Shown here piece by piece: positions 1 through 11,611 of a stretch of 64,000 nucleotides of DNA. A program made the position numbers and the translations under genes. The DNA comes from Arenicellales bacterium. Lineage in GTDB: Bacteria > Pseudomonadota > Gammaproteobacteria > BMS3Bbin11. Numbering within the stretch: the stretch's first letter is position 1; every line of letters begins with the position of its first letter. The notes beneath the pieces were generated by a model that saw nothing but the letters and a program-made list of their open reading frames with translations, did no database searches and was not told the origin of the DNA. The stretch covers positions 34,969-98,968 of the forward strand of contig JARFQE010000115.1 in the NCBI GenBank assembly GCA_029287915.1, given 5' to 3'.

Positions 1-119
1 TTACCAGAAAGCCTGTCTCTGAAAAGTTAATGATAATAGGTCAACAAGTTGGTATCCTGCTGCTCTTTTTATTAATGTCTCTCGCTGTATACAACGACCT
101 GGGACGTCTGTTGAACTAA
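1..119 (+). CDS. rseP: RseP (RIP zinc metalloprotease) C-terminal end, partial at the window edge
   Basis: Frame ending TAA at 117-119 translates ...QQVGILLLFLLMSLAVYNDLGRLLN*, a hydrophobic C-terminus typical of RseP. Sits immediately upstream of bamA as in E. coli. Confidence 0.55.
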   Translation, partial: TRKPVSEKLMIIGQQVGILLLFLLMSLAVYNDLGRLLN

Positions 120-139
120 GCTAATATAAGAACCGGATA

Positions 140-2434
140 ATGAATAAAACTACGATATTTTACGCGAGTTTAATTGCTCTGCTAATGTGGTCTGTACAAG
201 CCCTGGCGGTGGAGGAATTTGAAGTTACAGATATCCAGGTAACCGGTACTCAACGGATCTCAGCCGGTACTATTTTTAACTATCTACCTATAAAAGTGGG
301 TGATTATGTTGATGATGATGAAATAAATGAAGCCATAAAGGCCCTGTTTGATACAGGTTTTTTTCAGGATATAGAGCTCAATCGGGATGGCAGCATACTG
401 GTTGTCAACGTTGTCGAACGCCCGACTGTTGCCAGTGTAGAATTTTCCGGTAACAAGGAGTTCGAGACTGAGGCGCTGAAGAAAGGTATGTTACAGGTTG
501 GTTTTGGTGAAGGGCTGGTATTCAAAAAGGCAATCCTCGAAAAGGTAGAGCAGGAGCTTCGTACACAGTATTACAGTAGTGGTAAATATTCTGTTGATAT
601 AAAAACTACAGTTACCCCTCTGGAAAGAAACCGCGTCAAGATAAATGTGGATATCAAGGAAGGGAAGACGGCCAGGGTTGGCGAAGTTGCAATCGTTGGA
701 AATACCGTTTTCACTGATAAGAAACTGCTGAAGAATTTCAAGGTAAAGCCCAAAACTGGCTGGCAAAAACTTAATTTCCTCGGTAAATCCGATCAGTATT
801 CCAAGCAGAAACTTGCTGGAGATCTTGAGGCCTTGCGCAGCTATTATCAGGACCGGGGTTATCTTGATTTCAAAATTGATACTACTCAGGTTTCAATAAG
901 TGAAAACAAGAAAAAAATATTCATTACCAACAATCTGACGGAAGGAGAAGTTTATACCGTCGACAAGGTTAGCCTGCGTGGAAAATTCGTGGTGCCTGAA
1001 GAAGAACTTTCAGAAAAAGTGACGATCTTCAATGGAGACATTTTCTCACGCAAAGAAGTGGAGCAAACCAGCAAGGCTATCAGTGACCGCCTGGCTGAGT
1101 CAGGTTATACCTTCGCCAACGTCAATGCGATACCTGATATAGACAAGGAAAACCGTACTGTATCTTTTGTCTTCGCCATTGATCCGGCCAAAAGGGTATA
1201 TGTTAGACGTATCAATATTTCTGGCAATACAACAACCAGGGACGAAGTCATTCGCCGTGAGCTGAGGCAGGTTGAAGGCGGGTGGTTGTCAACAAAGAAT
1301 GTAAGACGGTCAAAAGTCCGTCTTGATCGCCTCAGTTTTTTTGATGACGTAAATATAGAAACCCCGGCGGTACCTGGCACCGAAGACCAGGTAGATGTCA
1401 ATATACGGGTCAAGGAAAAGCAAACAGGCAGTATGATGTTTGGCCTGGGTTACTCCGATTCGGATGGTATATTGCTGCAGGCCAGCATTAACCAGAAAAA
1501 CTTGTTTGGATCCGGCAGGGAGCTGGATTTGAGCATCGATACTTCCAAGATCAGCAAATCAGCCAGAATACGTTATTTTAACCCCTATTATACAGTCAAT
1601 GGTGTCAGCAGGGGCTTTTATCTCACCTATACAGATATTGACGCGGCTGAGGCTGATTTATCCCGATATATCAATGAAACGCTCAGCCTCGGCGTTAATT
1701 ATCGTGTACCATTATCAGAACATAACAGTTTTAGTTTCAGTTTTGGTCCAGATCGCAGCAAGCTTTCTGCAACAGACGGCACGCCGGATGAAATTCTTGC
1801 CTATATCGAGGTGCATCCCGATGACTGGTATTTGAAGACGACAGCAAGCTGGAGTCATGATACAAGGGATAGTATTCTTTACCCCACCAGCGGGTTCAAT
1901 TTCCGACTGCTGGGTGAAGCATCAATACCTGGTAGTGAGGTTGATTACTATAAGACTGGCCTGAACTTCTCCTGGCATTTGCCTACTATTAGTAATGTGG
2001 TGTTGAAATTTAGTGGGGATATGGGATATGGAGATGCCTACGGCGATACGGAGACTTTTCCTTTTTACAAAAATTATTATGCGGGCGGTAGCAACTCGGT
2101 GAGAGGTTACAAGGCACGTTCTCTTGGCCCGCGCGACAGTAACGGCGATCCATTTGGTGGTACCAGGCGGGTTGTAGGCGGAGTGGATCTTCTGTTCCCG
2201 TTCCCAGGTAGTGAGAAAAAGGATAAACGTCTGTCATTATTTGTTGATGGTGGAATGGTGTTTGGCCAAAATGAAGACGTTGACTTAGATGCCTTGCGAT
2301 ATTCCTATGGTGTAGGTCTGTTCTGGTATTCACCGGTTGGTCCGCTTTCCGTTAGTTATGCACTTCCAATCAATGATGAGGAAGACGATGAACTGGAAAA
2401 ATTTCAGTTCACAATTGGCAGGGGATTCAATTAA
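140..2434 (+). CDS. bamA: Outer membrane protein assembly factor BamA (Omp85/YaeT)
   Basis: 764 aa with signal peptide, POTRA-repeat N-terminus and a C-terminal beta-barrel ending ...IGRGFN. Conserved position upstream of skp-lpxD. Confidence 0.95.
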   Translation: MNKTTIFYASLIALLMWSVQALAVEEFEVTDIQVTGTQRISAGTIFNYLPIKVGDYVDDDEINEAIKALFDTGFFQDIELNRDGSILVVNVVERPTVASVEFSGNKEFETEALKKGMLQVGFGEGLVFKKAILEKVEQELRTQYYSSGKYSVDIKTTVTPLERNRVKINVDIKEGKTARVGEVAIVGNTVFTDKKLLKNFKVKPKTGWQKLNFLGKSDQYSKQKLAGDLEALRSYYQDRGYLDFKIDTTQVSISENKKKIFITNNLTEGEVYTVDKVSLRGKFVVPEEELSEKVTIFNGDIFSRKEVEQTSKAISDRLAESGYTFANVNAIPDIDKENRTVSFVFAIDPAKRVYVRRINISGNTTTRDEVIRRELRQVEGGWLSTKNVRRSKVRLDRLSFFDDVNIETPAVPGTEDQVDVNIRVKEKQTGSMMFGLGYSDSDGILLQASINQKNLFGSGRELDLSIDTSKISKSARIRYFNPYYTVNGVSRGFYLTYTDIDAAEADLSRYINETLSLGVNYRVPLSEHNSFSFSFGPDRSKLSATDGTPDEILAYIEVHPDDWYLKTTASWSHDTRDSILYPTSGFNFRLLGEASIPGSEVDYYKTGLNFSWHLPTISNVVLKFSGDMGYGDAYGDTETFPFYKNYYAGGSNSVRGYKARSLGPRDSNGDPFGGTRRVVGGVDLLFPFPGSEKKDKRLSLFVDGGMVFGQNEDVDLDALRYSYGVGLFWYSPVGPLSVSYALPINDEEDDELEKFQFTIGRGFN

Positions 2435-2467
2435 ACTATCAACCTGAATCTGTACTTTTATAGAGAA

Positions 2468-2983
2468 ATGAAAACAATGCTTACAAATATCAAAGTAGTG
2501 GCAGTTCTGGCTCTTGCACTAACCCTTTTCCCGACAGTGGCTTCCGCACAAACGAAGGTTGGCTTCGTCAATCTTGCTAAAGTGATTGAAAAAGCTCCAC
2601 AGGGAGAGTCAGCAGCAAAGAAAATAGAGGCAGAATTCAGCCCCCGTAGTAATGCTCTTCGCAAAAAACAAAAGAAGATTCAAACCCTCGAGGCTGATTT
2701 GGAAAAGAATGCTCTGGTCATGAAGGCATCTGAACTGTCAAAGAAAGAAGCTGAGATCACCAAGCTCAAGCGAAGCCTGAAACGCGAGGCTGATGAATTT
2801 AATGAAGACATTAATCTGCGTCGAAACGAGAAGTTGAAAGTTCTGCAGGAGGTAGTGCGGGAAGCCGTGAACGAAGTAGGCAAGGAAAACAATTTTGACA
2901 TTATTCTGGCGGAAGGCGTTCTGCATGTAAGCGATAAAGCAGATATTACTGACCTGGTTTTAAAAAAACTAAATAGCAAGTAA
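2468..2983 (+). CDS. skp: Periplasmic chaperone Skp (OmpH)
   Basis: 171 aa with signal peptide and a coiled-coil K/E-rich body. Lies between bamA and lpxD. Confidence 0.85.
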   Translation: MKTMLTNIKVVAVLALALTLFPTVASAQTKVGFVNLAKVIEKAPQGESAAKKIEAEFSPRSNALRKKQKKIQTLEADLEKNALVMKASELSKKEAEITKLKRSLKREADEFNEDINLRRNEKLKVLQEVVREAVNEVGKENNFDIILAEGVLHVSDKADITDLVLKKLNSK

Positions 2984-2997
2984 GAACTTACAGCACG

Positions 2998-4011
2998 GTG
3001 AGCTATCAGTTATCTGAGTTAGCGACTAGATTTGACCTTGAGCTAAAGGGGCAAGCACAAGCAGAAATTCATGATGTAGCAAGCTTACTGGACGCCAGTG
3101 ACGGTGATATCAGTTTCTGCACTGGTCGTCGCCACATGACTGAACTTGAAAAAACCAGGGCAACTGCTGTTATACTTCACCCCGAAGTCTCCGGGCATTA
3201 CCACGGTAATGCTTTATTGAGTGAAAACCCACATCTGGTTTTTGCTAAAATTGCAGATTTATTCTATCCCAGGAAACGCATTCCAGCAGGAATTCACTCA
3301 TCTGCTTGTGTTCATGTTCAGGCTATTGTGCATCAGACAGCAAGTATTGCTGAAAATGTCACGATAGGAGAATCTGCGAGTATCGCAGCGGGATGCGAAA
3401 TAGGTGCAGGCTGTCTTGTCGGAAACGGTGTCGCTATTGGTGAAGGCACCGTGCTTAAAAATAATGTCACAATTCATCACGATTCTGTCATTGGACGGGA
3501 TTGTGTACTATATAGCGGTTGTGTCATAGGCTCAGATGGCTTTGGCCATGCACGTGATGGCGAGCGCTGGATACCTGTACCTCAGCTAGGCAAGGTGGTG
3601 ATTGGCGATGACGTGCGTATTGGCGCGAATACGACCATTGACCGTGGGACTTTGGGAGATACCACAATAGGTAATGGTGTCAAAATAGATAACCTTGTGC
3701 ATATTGGCCACAATGTCAGCGTCGGCGATGATACTGCTATGGCGGCATTGGTGGGTGTTGCAGGCAGTACAGTTATTGGGAAACGCTGCACATTTGCTGG
3801 CCAGGTTGGAGTTGTTGATAATATCGAGATCTGTGATGATGCACATTTTACTGGTCAGTCTGCAGTGCGTTCGAATATCAGGCAGCCGGGGGTCTACTCA
3901 TCGGGCATTTTACTTGAAGAAAATAGTAGCTGGACAAGGAATGCCATGCGTTTCAAACAACTTAATAAACTGTTCAGACAGGTCAGAGATCTGACAAAGA
4001 AACAGAAATAA
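2998..4011 (+). CDS. lpxD: UDP-3-O-acylglucosamine N-acyltransferase LpxD
   Basis: 337 aa with left-handed beta-helix hexapeptide repeats. GTG start. Synteny skp-lpxD-fabZ. Confidence 0.9.
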   Translation: MSYQLSELATRFDLELKGQAQAEIHDVASLLDASDGDISFCTGRRHMTELEKTRATAVILHPEVSGHYHGNALLSENPHLVFAKIADLFYPRKRIPAGIHSSACVHVQAIVHQTASIAENVTIGESASIAAGCEIGAGCLVGNGVAIGEGTVLKNNVTIHHDSVIGRDCVLYSGCVIGSDGFGHARDGERWIPVPQLGKVVIGDDVRIGANTTIDRGTLGDTTIGNGVKIDNLVHIGHNVSVGDDTAMAALVGVAGSTVIGKRCTFAGQVGVVDNIEICDDAHFTGQSAVRSNIRQPGVYSSGILLEENSSWTRNAMRFKQLNKLFRQVRDLTKKQK

Positions 4012-4034
4012 CTATACCAAATCAAGGTCAGATA

Positions 4035-4481
4035 ATGAACACAATAGATATCCATGAGATCCTGGAATACCTGCCACACAGATACCCATTTCTACTAATC
4101 GACCGTATCACCGGTTTTGAAAAGGACACTTCATTGACTGCGATCAAGAATGTGACCTACAACGAGCCTTTTTTCCCGGGGCACTATCCCAGCAGACCCG
4201 TTATGCCAGGGGTCCTGTTGATCGAGGTGATGGCACAGGCGGCAGCCCTGCTGGCTGCAATTAGTTCCGATGTCAAAGGCGGTGACAGCAACCTGGTCTA
4301 TTATTTTGTTGGTGTAGACAAGGTTCGCTTCAAACGTCCGGTTGAACCTGGTGACCAGTTGAAGGTTGATGTAACACTGAGCAGAAAGGCACGTGGAATG
4401 TGGTTTTGCTCCGCTGCCATAACCGTCGATGGAGAACGCTGCACCTCATCTGAATTGATGTTTACCGCAAAGGAGGTCTAA
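4035..4481 (+). CDS. fabZ: 3-hydroxyacyl-ACP dehydratase FabZ
   Basis: 148 aa starting MNTIDIHEILEYLPHRYPFLLIDRI..., a hot-dog fold N-terminus characteristic of FabZ. Confidence 0.9.
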   Translation: MNTIDIHEILEYLPHRYPFLLIDRITGFEKDTSLTAIKNVTYNEPFFPGHYPSRPVMPGVLLIEVMAQAAALLAAISSDVKGGDSNLVYYFVGVDKVRFKRPVEPGDQLKVDVTLSRKARGMWFCSAAITVDGERCTSSELMFTAKEV

Positions 4482-5252
4482 GTGATCTCGCCTCATGCCA
4501 TTATTGAAGATGGTGCTGTAATAGGAAAAGATGTCTCAATCGGACATTTTTCAATTATAGGTAAAGATGTAAAGATTGGAGATGGTACCAGAGTAGGATC
4601 CCATGTGACCCTTACTGGGCACACCAGTATCGGTAAAAATAACCAGATTTTTCAATATGCATCTGTCGGTGAAGTACCACAAAGTACGGGCTATAAGAAT
4701 GAGCCGACAGAGCTACGGATCGGTCATAATAATATTATTCGTGAGTTTTGTACTCTGCATACCGGTACTGTCGAAGGGGGAGGTATAACTCGAATAGGTA
4801 ATGATAATTTTTTGATGGCCTATGTGCATATAGCTCATGATTGCATACTGGGAAACAAAATCATTTTTGCTAATGGTTCCAGTCTTGCTGGTCATGTCGT
4901 TGTTGGCGATCACGTCATTTTTGGTGGCTTCACACTGATTCATCAGTTTTGCAAGATCGGTGCACATGTTATGACAGGTATTGGAGCCGTTTCCTTCAAA
5001 GACATACCCCCTTACCTCAAGGTGGCTGGAAATACAGCACGACCCTATGGGATAAACGTAAAGGGCCTGCAGCGTAGAGGTTTTAATGAAGAAGAAATTT
5101 CAGCATTAAAGGATGCATACCGGGCACTCTATCGATCACAGTTAAGTTTCCAGGATGCCATTGTCGAGATTAATAAACTGGCTGCCGATGACACAAACGT
5201 AAAGGTGTTTGCTGACTTTCTAGCCAATAGCGAGAGAGGTGTCGTGCGCTGA
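4482..5252 (+). CDS. lpxA: UDP-N-acetylglucosamine O-acyltransferase LpxA
   Basis: 256 aa with hexapeptide repeats. GTG start abutting the fabZ stop. Synteny. Confidence 0.9.
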   Translation: MISPHAIIEDGAVIGKDVSIGHFSIIGKDVKIGDGTRVGSHVTLTGHTSIGKNNQIFQYASVGEVPQSTGYKNEPTELRIGHNNIIREFCTLHTGTVEGGGITRIGNDNFLMAYVHIAHDCILGNKIIFANGSSLAGHVVVGDHVIFGGFTLIHQFCKIGAHVMTGIGAVSFKDIPPYLKVAGNTARPYGINVKGLQRRGFNEEEISALKDAYRALYRSQLSFQDAIVEINKLAADDTNVKVFADFLANSERGVVR

Positions 5253-5261
5253 AACGATGCA

Positions 5262-6437
5262 ATGCAAGGAAGGAAAATATTTAAAATAGGCATCGTTGCT
5301 GGTGAAGTTTCAGGTGATCTGCTTGCCGCTGGCCTGATGCACGAACTGAGGAAATATCCCTATACCTTTGAGTTTTCAGGCATAGCTGGCCCGCTGATGC
5401 AGGAACAGGGATGCGAAAGCTTTTTTCTGATGGAGAAGCTAACCCTGATGGGGCTTGATGGGCTGTTGGGCAGGTTGCGGGAAATTCTGCACATTCGCCG
5501 CAAGCTGGTGCAATATTATCTCTCAGATCCTCCAGATATATTCATTGGCGTTGATGCACCAGATTTCAATCTGGGGCTTGAAAAGAAATTACGCAAGGCC
5601 GGTATTCCTGTGCTGCACTATGTCAGTCCAACTGTCTGGGCCTGGCGCAAGTATCGCCTCAGGAGCATGCGCCACTCAATAGACAGAATCCTTGTGCTGT
5701 TCCCTTTTGAGCTACGCTTCTATCAACAGCATAAGCTGAATGCGAAACTGGTGGGACATCCAATGGTCAGGCATATCGAAAGGTATCCGGACATCAAAGA
5801 ACTGAAAAAAAAACATGGTATTTCAGCAGACAAAAAAGTCATTGCGCTGTTACCTGGTAGTCGCCATGGCGAGATCCAGCGCATGGCAGGTGAATTCCTT
5901 CGTGCAGCGGCAATGCTCACAGAAAAATATCAAGACTTACAATTTGTCACTGCTATGCCTAATTCTTCACTGATGGAACTGTTTCAGAATGAGGTTCAAA
6001 AAGCTGGCCTGCAAAACCTCGATTTAGTGCTCATAACTGGGCACTCGAGAGAGATTATGGCATGCTCGGATATTCTCATGCTAGCATCCGGGACAGCTGC
6101 CCTGGAAGCAGCAATCGTTGGTCGTCCAGTCGTTGTCGCTTATAAAGTCTCCTGGTTGACCAAAACAATGGTGCAGTTACTTGCTCGAGTAAAATATTTT
6201 TCTATGCCAAACAACCTTGCTGGTCACAGGCTGGTTCCTGAGCTGATGCAAAATGACTGTACAGCTGACAATCTGGCGCTTGAGGTAGGTAATTATCTTG
6301 ACGATGAAGCTGAGGTCGATAAAGTGAAACAGGCTTTTCTTCAGATCAGGGAAAGTCTTGATCTCGACTCAGATCGTCTGGCTGCTGAGTCAGTAGTAGA
6401 AATGCTGGGGCTCAAGAATAAGCCAGTGCAGAACTAA
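5262..6437 (+). CDS. lpxB: Lipid-A-disaccharide synthase LpxB
   Basis: 391 aa GT-B family protein. Synteny lpxA-lpxB-rnhB. Confidence 0.9.
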   Translation: MQGRKIFKIGIVAGEVSGDLLAAGLMHELRKYPYTFEFSGIAGPLMQEQGCESFFLMEKLTLMGLDGLLGRLREILHIRRKLVQYYLSDPPDIFIGVDAPDFNLGLEKKLRKAGIPVLHYVSPTVWAWRKYRLRSMRHSIDRILVLFPFELRFYQQHKLNAKLVGHPMVRHIERYPDIKELKKKHGISADKKVIALLPGSRHGEIQRMAGEFLRAAAMLTEKYQDLQFVTAMPNSSLMELFQNEVQKAGLQNLDLVLITGHSREIMACSDILMLASGTAALEAAIVGRPVVVAYKVSWLTKTMVQLLARVKYFSMPNNLAGHRLVPELMQNDCTADNLALEVGNYLDDEAEVDKVKQAFLQIRESLDLDSDRLAAESVVEMLGLKNKPVQN

Positions 6438-7012
6438 TGAAACAGTTGCTTGTTGCAGGGGTTGATGAAGCTGGCTGCGGACCTCTTGCTGGGCCTGTCG
6501 TTACAGCAGCGGTTATTCTGGATTGTAATCACGTCATCGATGGACTAGCTGACTCGAAGAGACTAACTGAAAAAAAACGCCAGCAGCTGGATCAGGAAAT
6601 CCGCACTCATGCACTTTGTTTTTCGATTGGGCGGGCTGAGGTTCTTGAGATTGATCAGTTAAATATTCTGCAGGCGACTCTGTTGGCGATGCAAAGAGCA
6701 GTAGCGGGACTTGCACAGAGGCCAGAAAAGATTCTGGTCGATGGTAACCGTCTGCCACAGTTTCCGTGCAAGGCCGAGGCTATCGTTGGCGGAGACGCCC
6801 TGGTGCCAGAAATCTCAGCGGCCTCCATTATCGCCAAGGTTTATCGCGATAGTTTAATGAAAGATCTGCATCGACAATATCCACAATATGGTTTTGACAG
6901 TAATAAGGGTTACCCTACCCGCAAGCATCGTGAAGCATTGATCAAACATGGTGCAACACCCTGTCATAGACAGAGCTTTGCACCGGTTAGAAATGTGTTA
7001 TTTACTAATTAA
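6437..7012 (+). CDS. rnhB: Ribonuclease HII
   Basis: 191 aa starting [22 protein letters not shown]..., the RNase HII signature. Confidence 0.9.
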   Translation: MKQLLVAGVDEAGCGPLAGPVVTAAVILDCNHVIDGLADSKRLTEKKRQQLDQEIRTHALCFSIGRAEVLEIDQLNILQATLLAMQRAVAGLAQRPEKILVDGNRLPQFPCKAEAIVGGDALVPEISAASIIAKVYRDSLMKDLHRQYPQYGFDSNKGYPTRKHREALIKHGATPCHRQSFAPVRNVLFTN

Positions 7013-7032
7013 ACGCTGATGGCTTATCTTTG

Positions 7033-10000
7033 ATGACGAAACCATTTATCCATCTGCATCTGCACTCTGAATATTCGCTAGTAGACAGCATTTTGCGGAT
7101 AAGCGATATCATCAGTGCGACAAAAGAACAGAATATGCCTGCTGTTGCAGTGACAGATTTATCCAATGTATTTGCGGTGGTTAAATTCTACAAGGCTGCT
7201 GTAGCAGCTGGCATCAAACCTGTGCTGGGATCAGATGTCTGGCTCGAACGACCCGAACAACCCGGCAAGCCTTTTCGTCTGGTGATGTTGTGTCAGAATG
7301 AGCGGGGTTATCGCAATCTGACGTATTTATTATCCGAGGCATTTCGTCATGGCCAGCATCTAGGAGGCCATGCCTGCATTTCCAAACAGAAGCTTGCAAA
7401 TCATTGTGATGGACTGATTGCCTTGTCTGCTGCAGGACAGGGTGAGATTGGCAATGCCTTACTGCATGGTTCCGATGTCCAGGTCGATCATTTGGTAGAT
7501 GAGTACCTGGAAATATTTGGAGACCGGTTTTATCTGGAGCTAATGCGTACCGGTCGTACCGGTGATGAAGAGCACGTCAGCAAGGCACTGAATCTGGCTT
7601 TGCGCAGGTCTATTCCAGTGGTAGCAACTAATGATGTTCGTTTCGCGAACAAAGAAGACTTCGAGATTCATGATATTCGGGTCTGTATTCAGGATAGTCG
7701 TGTGTTGAATGACCCACGTCGGCCAAAACTCTACAGCCCTCATCAGTACTTCCGCTCTACGGTAGAAATGGCAGAGCTGTTTGCCGACATACCCGAAGCA
7801 GTAGAAAACGCCTACCATATTGCAACGCGCTGTAATTGTCATCTTACTCTGGGCAAGAATTTCATGCCTGAGTTTCCTGTTGAAAAAGGGCAGGACGTTA
7901 ATAAGGTGCTAATTGATGTTTCTAATGCAGGGCTGACTAAGATTCTACATAAAATACAGGGAGATGTTGAGCGTGAAATTTATCAGCAACGACTTGATAT
8001 GGAACTGGATGTCATTACAGGCATGGGCTTCCCGGGCTATTTCCTGATAGTTGCTGATTTTATTCGTTGGGCCAAGGATCATGACATACCAGTGGGTCCG
8101 GGTCGAGGTTCAGGTGCAGGTTCTCTGGTCGCATATTGTCTGGGCATTACTGAACTCGACCCCATTGAACATGGATTGCTATTTGAACGTTTCCTGAATC
8201 CTGAGCGTGTATCTATGCCGGATTTCGATATTGATTTTTGTATGGATCAGCGTGATAGAGTAATCGAGTATGTTACTCAGCACTATGGCTCGGACAAGGT
8301 ATCCCAGATCATAACCTACGGTACGATGGCAGCACGTGCAGTAGTGCGTGATGTTGGGCGCGTTATGGATCTTGGTTTTGGCTTTGTTGATCAGCTAGCC
8401 AAGCTGATCCCCGCAGAACCGGGGATGACCCTTGCTAAAGCAATCGATTCTGAAAAGGACCTGCGCGAAAAGATTGAGCAGGACGATGATGTCCGTGAAT
8501 TAATTAACCATGCAAGGTCGCTGGAAGGTATGGCTCGCAATGCAGGTAAGCATGCAGGCGGGGTCGTAATCGCACCCACGGCACTAACTGATTTCACCGC
8601 GCTATATTGTGAACAGGGTGCCACCCAGATGGTAACCCATCTGGACATGAAGGATGTCGAAGCTGTTGGGCTGGTGAAATTCGATTTCCTGGGCTTACGC
8701 ACACTTACCATCATTGATAATTCATTAAAGACAGTCAATCGTTTTCGTGAGAAAGAGGCTCAGCCATTGATGAGGCTTGAAGATATTGACCTCAGTGATG
8801 AAAAGACTTTCAAGTTGATCCAGGACTGTAAAACTACTGCTGTTTTCCAGCTTGAATCCAGCGGCATGAAGGATGTTATTAAAAAACTGCAACCCGACAG
8901 TTTCAATGACATGGTGGCAGTGGTTGCTCTGTATCGTCCTGGCCCACTAGGCTCCGGTATGGTAGATACCTTTATTGAACGCAAGCATGGTCGCGAAAAA
9001 ATCATCTATCCACATCCTGCTCTGGAAGATATTCTGAGACCAACTTATGGTGTCATTGTTTACCAGGAGCAGGTGATGCAAATAGCGCAGGTGCTTGCTT
9101 CATTCACATTAGGTGCCGCTGATATGTTACGGCGTGCTATGGGTAAAAAAATCCCTGAGGAGATGGCCATGCAGCGCGAAAGCTTTCGTGCGGGTGCTGA
9201 AAATAATGGGATTGATGCCAAACAGGCTGACAGCATTTTTGATTTGATGGAAGAATTTGCAAAGTATGGTTTCAATAAATCACACTCTGCTGCTTATGCA
9301 CTGGTGTCATTTCAAACTGCATGGTTCAAGGCTCATTACCCGGCAATGTTTCTTGCCGCAACCTTATCGGCGGATATGGAGAAGACAGATAAGGTTGTAA
9401 TGCTGATAGCTGAATGCAGGGATATGGGGTTGACTTTATTGCCACCAGACGTGAACAGTTCCGGTTATTCTTTCCAGGCAACCACAGAAGACACTATTGT
9501 CTATGGTCTGGGCGCAATCAAAGGCGTTGGTCAGGCTGCAATTGATGAAATTACCAGTGCCAGGTCTGCAAAAGGCAAGTTCAGCGACCTCTACGATTTT
9601 TGTCGATCACTGGATTTAAAGAAAGTGAACCAGCGTACAATGGAGATACTGATTGAGGCAGGGGCGCTGGACCAGATGGGAGCGCATCGCGCTGAGTTGA
9701 TGGCAAATTTGGCCAATGCCATGTCATTATCAGGACAGGAATCTAGAAATCGTACGGCAGGGCAGGATGACTTATTCGGTACTTCTGATGAACTGAAGCT
9801 GGATGTTGACTGGATAGATGTTATTGAAGATTCAGAGGATGAACGCCTTAAAAAGGAAAAAAAGCATCTTGGGCTCTATCTGACAGGGCACCCGATGAAT
9901 CAATATCACAAGGAACTGGGCAATTTTATCAGCTGCACATTGAGTGAGGTTGAGTCGGCCGAAGGAAAGCAGGTCACCATAGCAGGTCTAATTATCGGCA

Positions 10001-10518
10001 TGCGAACTCGCAACACGCGGCGAGGGCGAATGGCAATATTAACGCTCGATGACCAGTCAGCCTGGCTGGAAATACCCATATACTCTGAACTTTATGAGGC
10101 TAACAAACAGTTATTACAGGAAGACCGGCTGGTTATTATCAGCGGCAAGGCCGGCTTCGATGATTATACCGGTGGTACTCGGGTCACCGCAGAACGTATT
10201 CATGATATGGATTCTGCTCGTGAAACCTTTGCCACCGATTTACGCATCACACTCAAAAAGAATACTGGGGATGCCGTCGATGGATTAAAATCAATACTTG
10301 ATCCGGTCACAGGCGGAACCACACCGGTGATTATTGATTACAGTAATGACACTGCGAGAGCGAGCATACACCTCCCTCGTCAATGGTGTGTACATCCTTC
10401 TGCACAACTGCTTGAAGATTTGAACAAGCTTGAGGCTGTCAGTAGAGCCGTCTGTGAATATAATGCAGCTGCTGCCAGAATTTATTATCTAGATCAGCAA
10501 AGGCGCAATGACGCATGA
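7033..10518 (+). CDS. dnaE: DNA polymerase III alpha subunit DnaE
   Basis: About 1160 aa with a PHP domain (HLHLHSEYS) and a pol IIIa core. The ORF track starts at TTG 7030; the ATG at 7033 is preferred. Confidence 0.95.
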   Translation: MTKPFIHLHLHSEYSLVDSILRISDIISATKEQNMPAVAVTDLSNVFAVVKFYKAAVAAGIKPVLGSDVWLERPEQPGKPFRLVMLCQNERGYRNLTYLLSEAFRHGQHLGGHACISKQKLANHCDGLIALSAAGQGEIGNALLHGSDVQVDHLVDEYLEIFGDRFYLELMRTGRTGDEEHVSKALNLALRRSIPVVATNDVRFANKEDFEIHDIRVCIQDSRVLNDPRRPKLYSPHQYFRSTVEMAELFADIPEAVENAYHIATRCNCHLTLGKNFMPEFPVEKGQDVNKVLIDVSNAGLTKILHKIQGDVEREIYQQRLDMELDVITGMGFPGYFLIVADFIRWAKDHDIPVGPGRGSGAGSLVAYCLGITELDPIEHGLLFERFLNPERVSMPDFDIDFCMDQRDRVIEYVTQHYGSDKVSQIITYGTMAARAVVRDVGRVMDLGFGFVDQLAKLIPAEPGMTLAKAIDSEKDLREKIEQDDDVRELINHARSLEGMARNAGKHAGGVVIAPTALTDFTALYCEQGATQMVTHLDMKDVEAVGLVKFDFLGLRTLTIIDNSLKTVNRFREKEAQPLMRLEDIDLSDEKTFKLIQDCKTTAVFQLESSGMKDVIKKLQPDSFNDMVAVVALYRPGPLGSGMVDTFIERKHGREKIIYPHPALEDILRPTYGVIVYQEQVMQIAQVLASFTLGAADMLRRAMGKKIPEEMAMQRESFRAGAENNGIDAKQADSIFDLMEEFAKYGFNKSHSAAYALVSFQTAWFKAHYPAMFLAATLSADMEKTDKVVMLIAECRDMGLTLLPPDVNSSGYSFQATTEDTIVYGLGAIKGVGQAAIDEITSARSAKGKFSDLYDFCRSLDLKKVNQRTMEILIEAGALDQMGAHRAELMANLANAMSLSGQESRNRTAGQDDLFGTSDELKLDVDWIDVIEDSEDERLKKEKKHLGLYLTGHPMNQYHKELGNFISCTLSEVESAEGKQVTIAGLIIGMRTRNTRRGRMAILTLDDQSAWLEIPIYSELYEANKQLLQEDRLVIISGKAGFDDYTGGTRVTAERIHDMDSARETFATDLRITLKKNTGDAVDGLKSILDPVTGGTTPVIIDYSNDTARASIHLPRQWCVHPSAQLLEDLNKLEAVSRAVCEYNAAAARIYYLDQQRRNDA

Positions 10519-10643
10519 GTCATGTATTTTTTATTCTAGTGCTGTCATTTCCAAGGATTGGCCAGAAAATCAAAACTTTATCCTTTTATCGCTAAAGCGT
10601 TATACTTCTATCGACTCAATGAATCATAGCACTGGATAAACAG

Positions 10644-11606
10644 ATGAATCTCAACTTTCTGGATTTTGAGCAACCTATCGCCGAACTTGAAGCCAAGATT
10701 GACGAATTGCGCCATGTTAGTATCACCAGTGATGTGAGTTTGACCGATGAAGTGTCCAGACTGCATAACAAGAGTATCAAGCTGACTGAGTCGATATTTT
10801 CCTCACTCACACCATGGCAGGTTTCACAACTGGCACGCCATCCCCAGCGACCTTATACGTTGGAATATATTGAAAAGGTGTTCACTGATTTTCAGGAGCT
10901 GCATGGTGATCGTATGTTTGCTGATGATCCAGCAATTGTCGGTGGTCTTGCGCGTCTCGATGGACGTCCAGTGATGGTTATCGGCCAGCAAAAAGGGCGT
11001 GATACTAAAGAAAAGGTTCACCGCAATTTTGGAATGCCTCGCCCAGAGGGTTATCGTAAGGCCATGCGCCTGATGCAGATGGCAGAACGCTTCAAGCTAC
11101 CTTTGTTGACTTTCATTGACACCCCCGGTGCCTATCCTGGTGTCGACGCAGAAAAACGCGGCCAGAGTGAAGCTATTGCACGTAACCTTTTCATCATGTC
11201 TGATCTCAAGACACCAATTATTTCAACAGTAATTGGGGAAGGGGGATCTGGCGGCGCACTGGCTATTGGCGTTTGCGATAAGCTTTTGATGTTCCAGTAT
11301 TCCACCTATTCGGTGATTTCACCGGAAGGCTGCTCCAGCATCCTATGGAAGAGTGCTGATAACGCCGCTGATGCCGCTGAAGTTATGGGACTTACGGCGC
11401 AGCGGTTGAGTGATCTAGGTCTGATTGATGAAATCATCGAAGAACCATTGGGTGGAGCCCATCGTGACATCGATCTCGCCGCTGAAAACCTGCGTAAGGC
11501 ATTACTGAAGAATTTGGAAGGACTGGACGCAATGACGACATCTGAAATACTCGACAACCGTTATCATCGATTGCGTCAGTACGGTGTCGATAATTTTCAG
11601 GAATAA
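10644..11606 (+). CDS. accA: Acetyl-CoA carboxylase carboxyltransferase alpha subunit AccA
   Basis: 320 aa starting [22 protein letters not shown]..., the AccA N-terminus, with a crotonase-fold body. Confidence 0.9.
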   Translation: MNLNFLDFEQPIAELEAKIDELRHVSITSDVSLTDEVSRLHNKSIKLTESIFSSLTPWQVSQLARHPQRPYTLEYIEKVFTDFQELHGDRMFADDPAIVGGLARLDGRPVMVIGQQKGRDTKEKVHRNFGMPRPEGYRKAMRLMQMAERFKLPLLTFIDTPGAYPGVDAEKRGQSEAIARNLFIMSDLKTPIISTVIGEGGSGGALAIGVCDKLLMFQYSTYSVISPEGCSSILWKSADNAADAAEVMGLTAQRLSDLGLIDEIIEEPLGGAHRDIDLAAENLRKALLKNLEGLDAMTTSEILDNRYHRLRQYGVDNFQE

Positions 11607-11611
11607 ATACC

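Noticed and set aside
491-2333. Several antisense or alternative-frame ORFs of 60-107 aa inside bamA (491-766, 571-753, 1105-1413, 1599-1835, 2010-2333)
   Set aside because: They are embedded in a strongly supported conserved CDS and have no family resemblance or RBS. They are typical shadow ORFs. The same applies to the other short ORFs nested in dnaE, pyrG, sdhA, degP, lepA, uvrB, ccmF and elsewhere.
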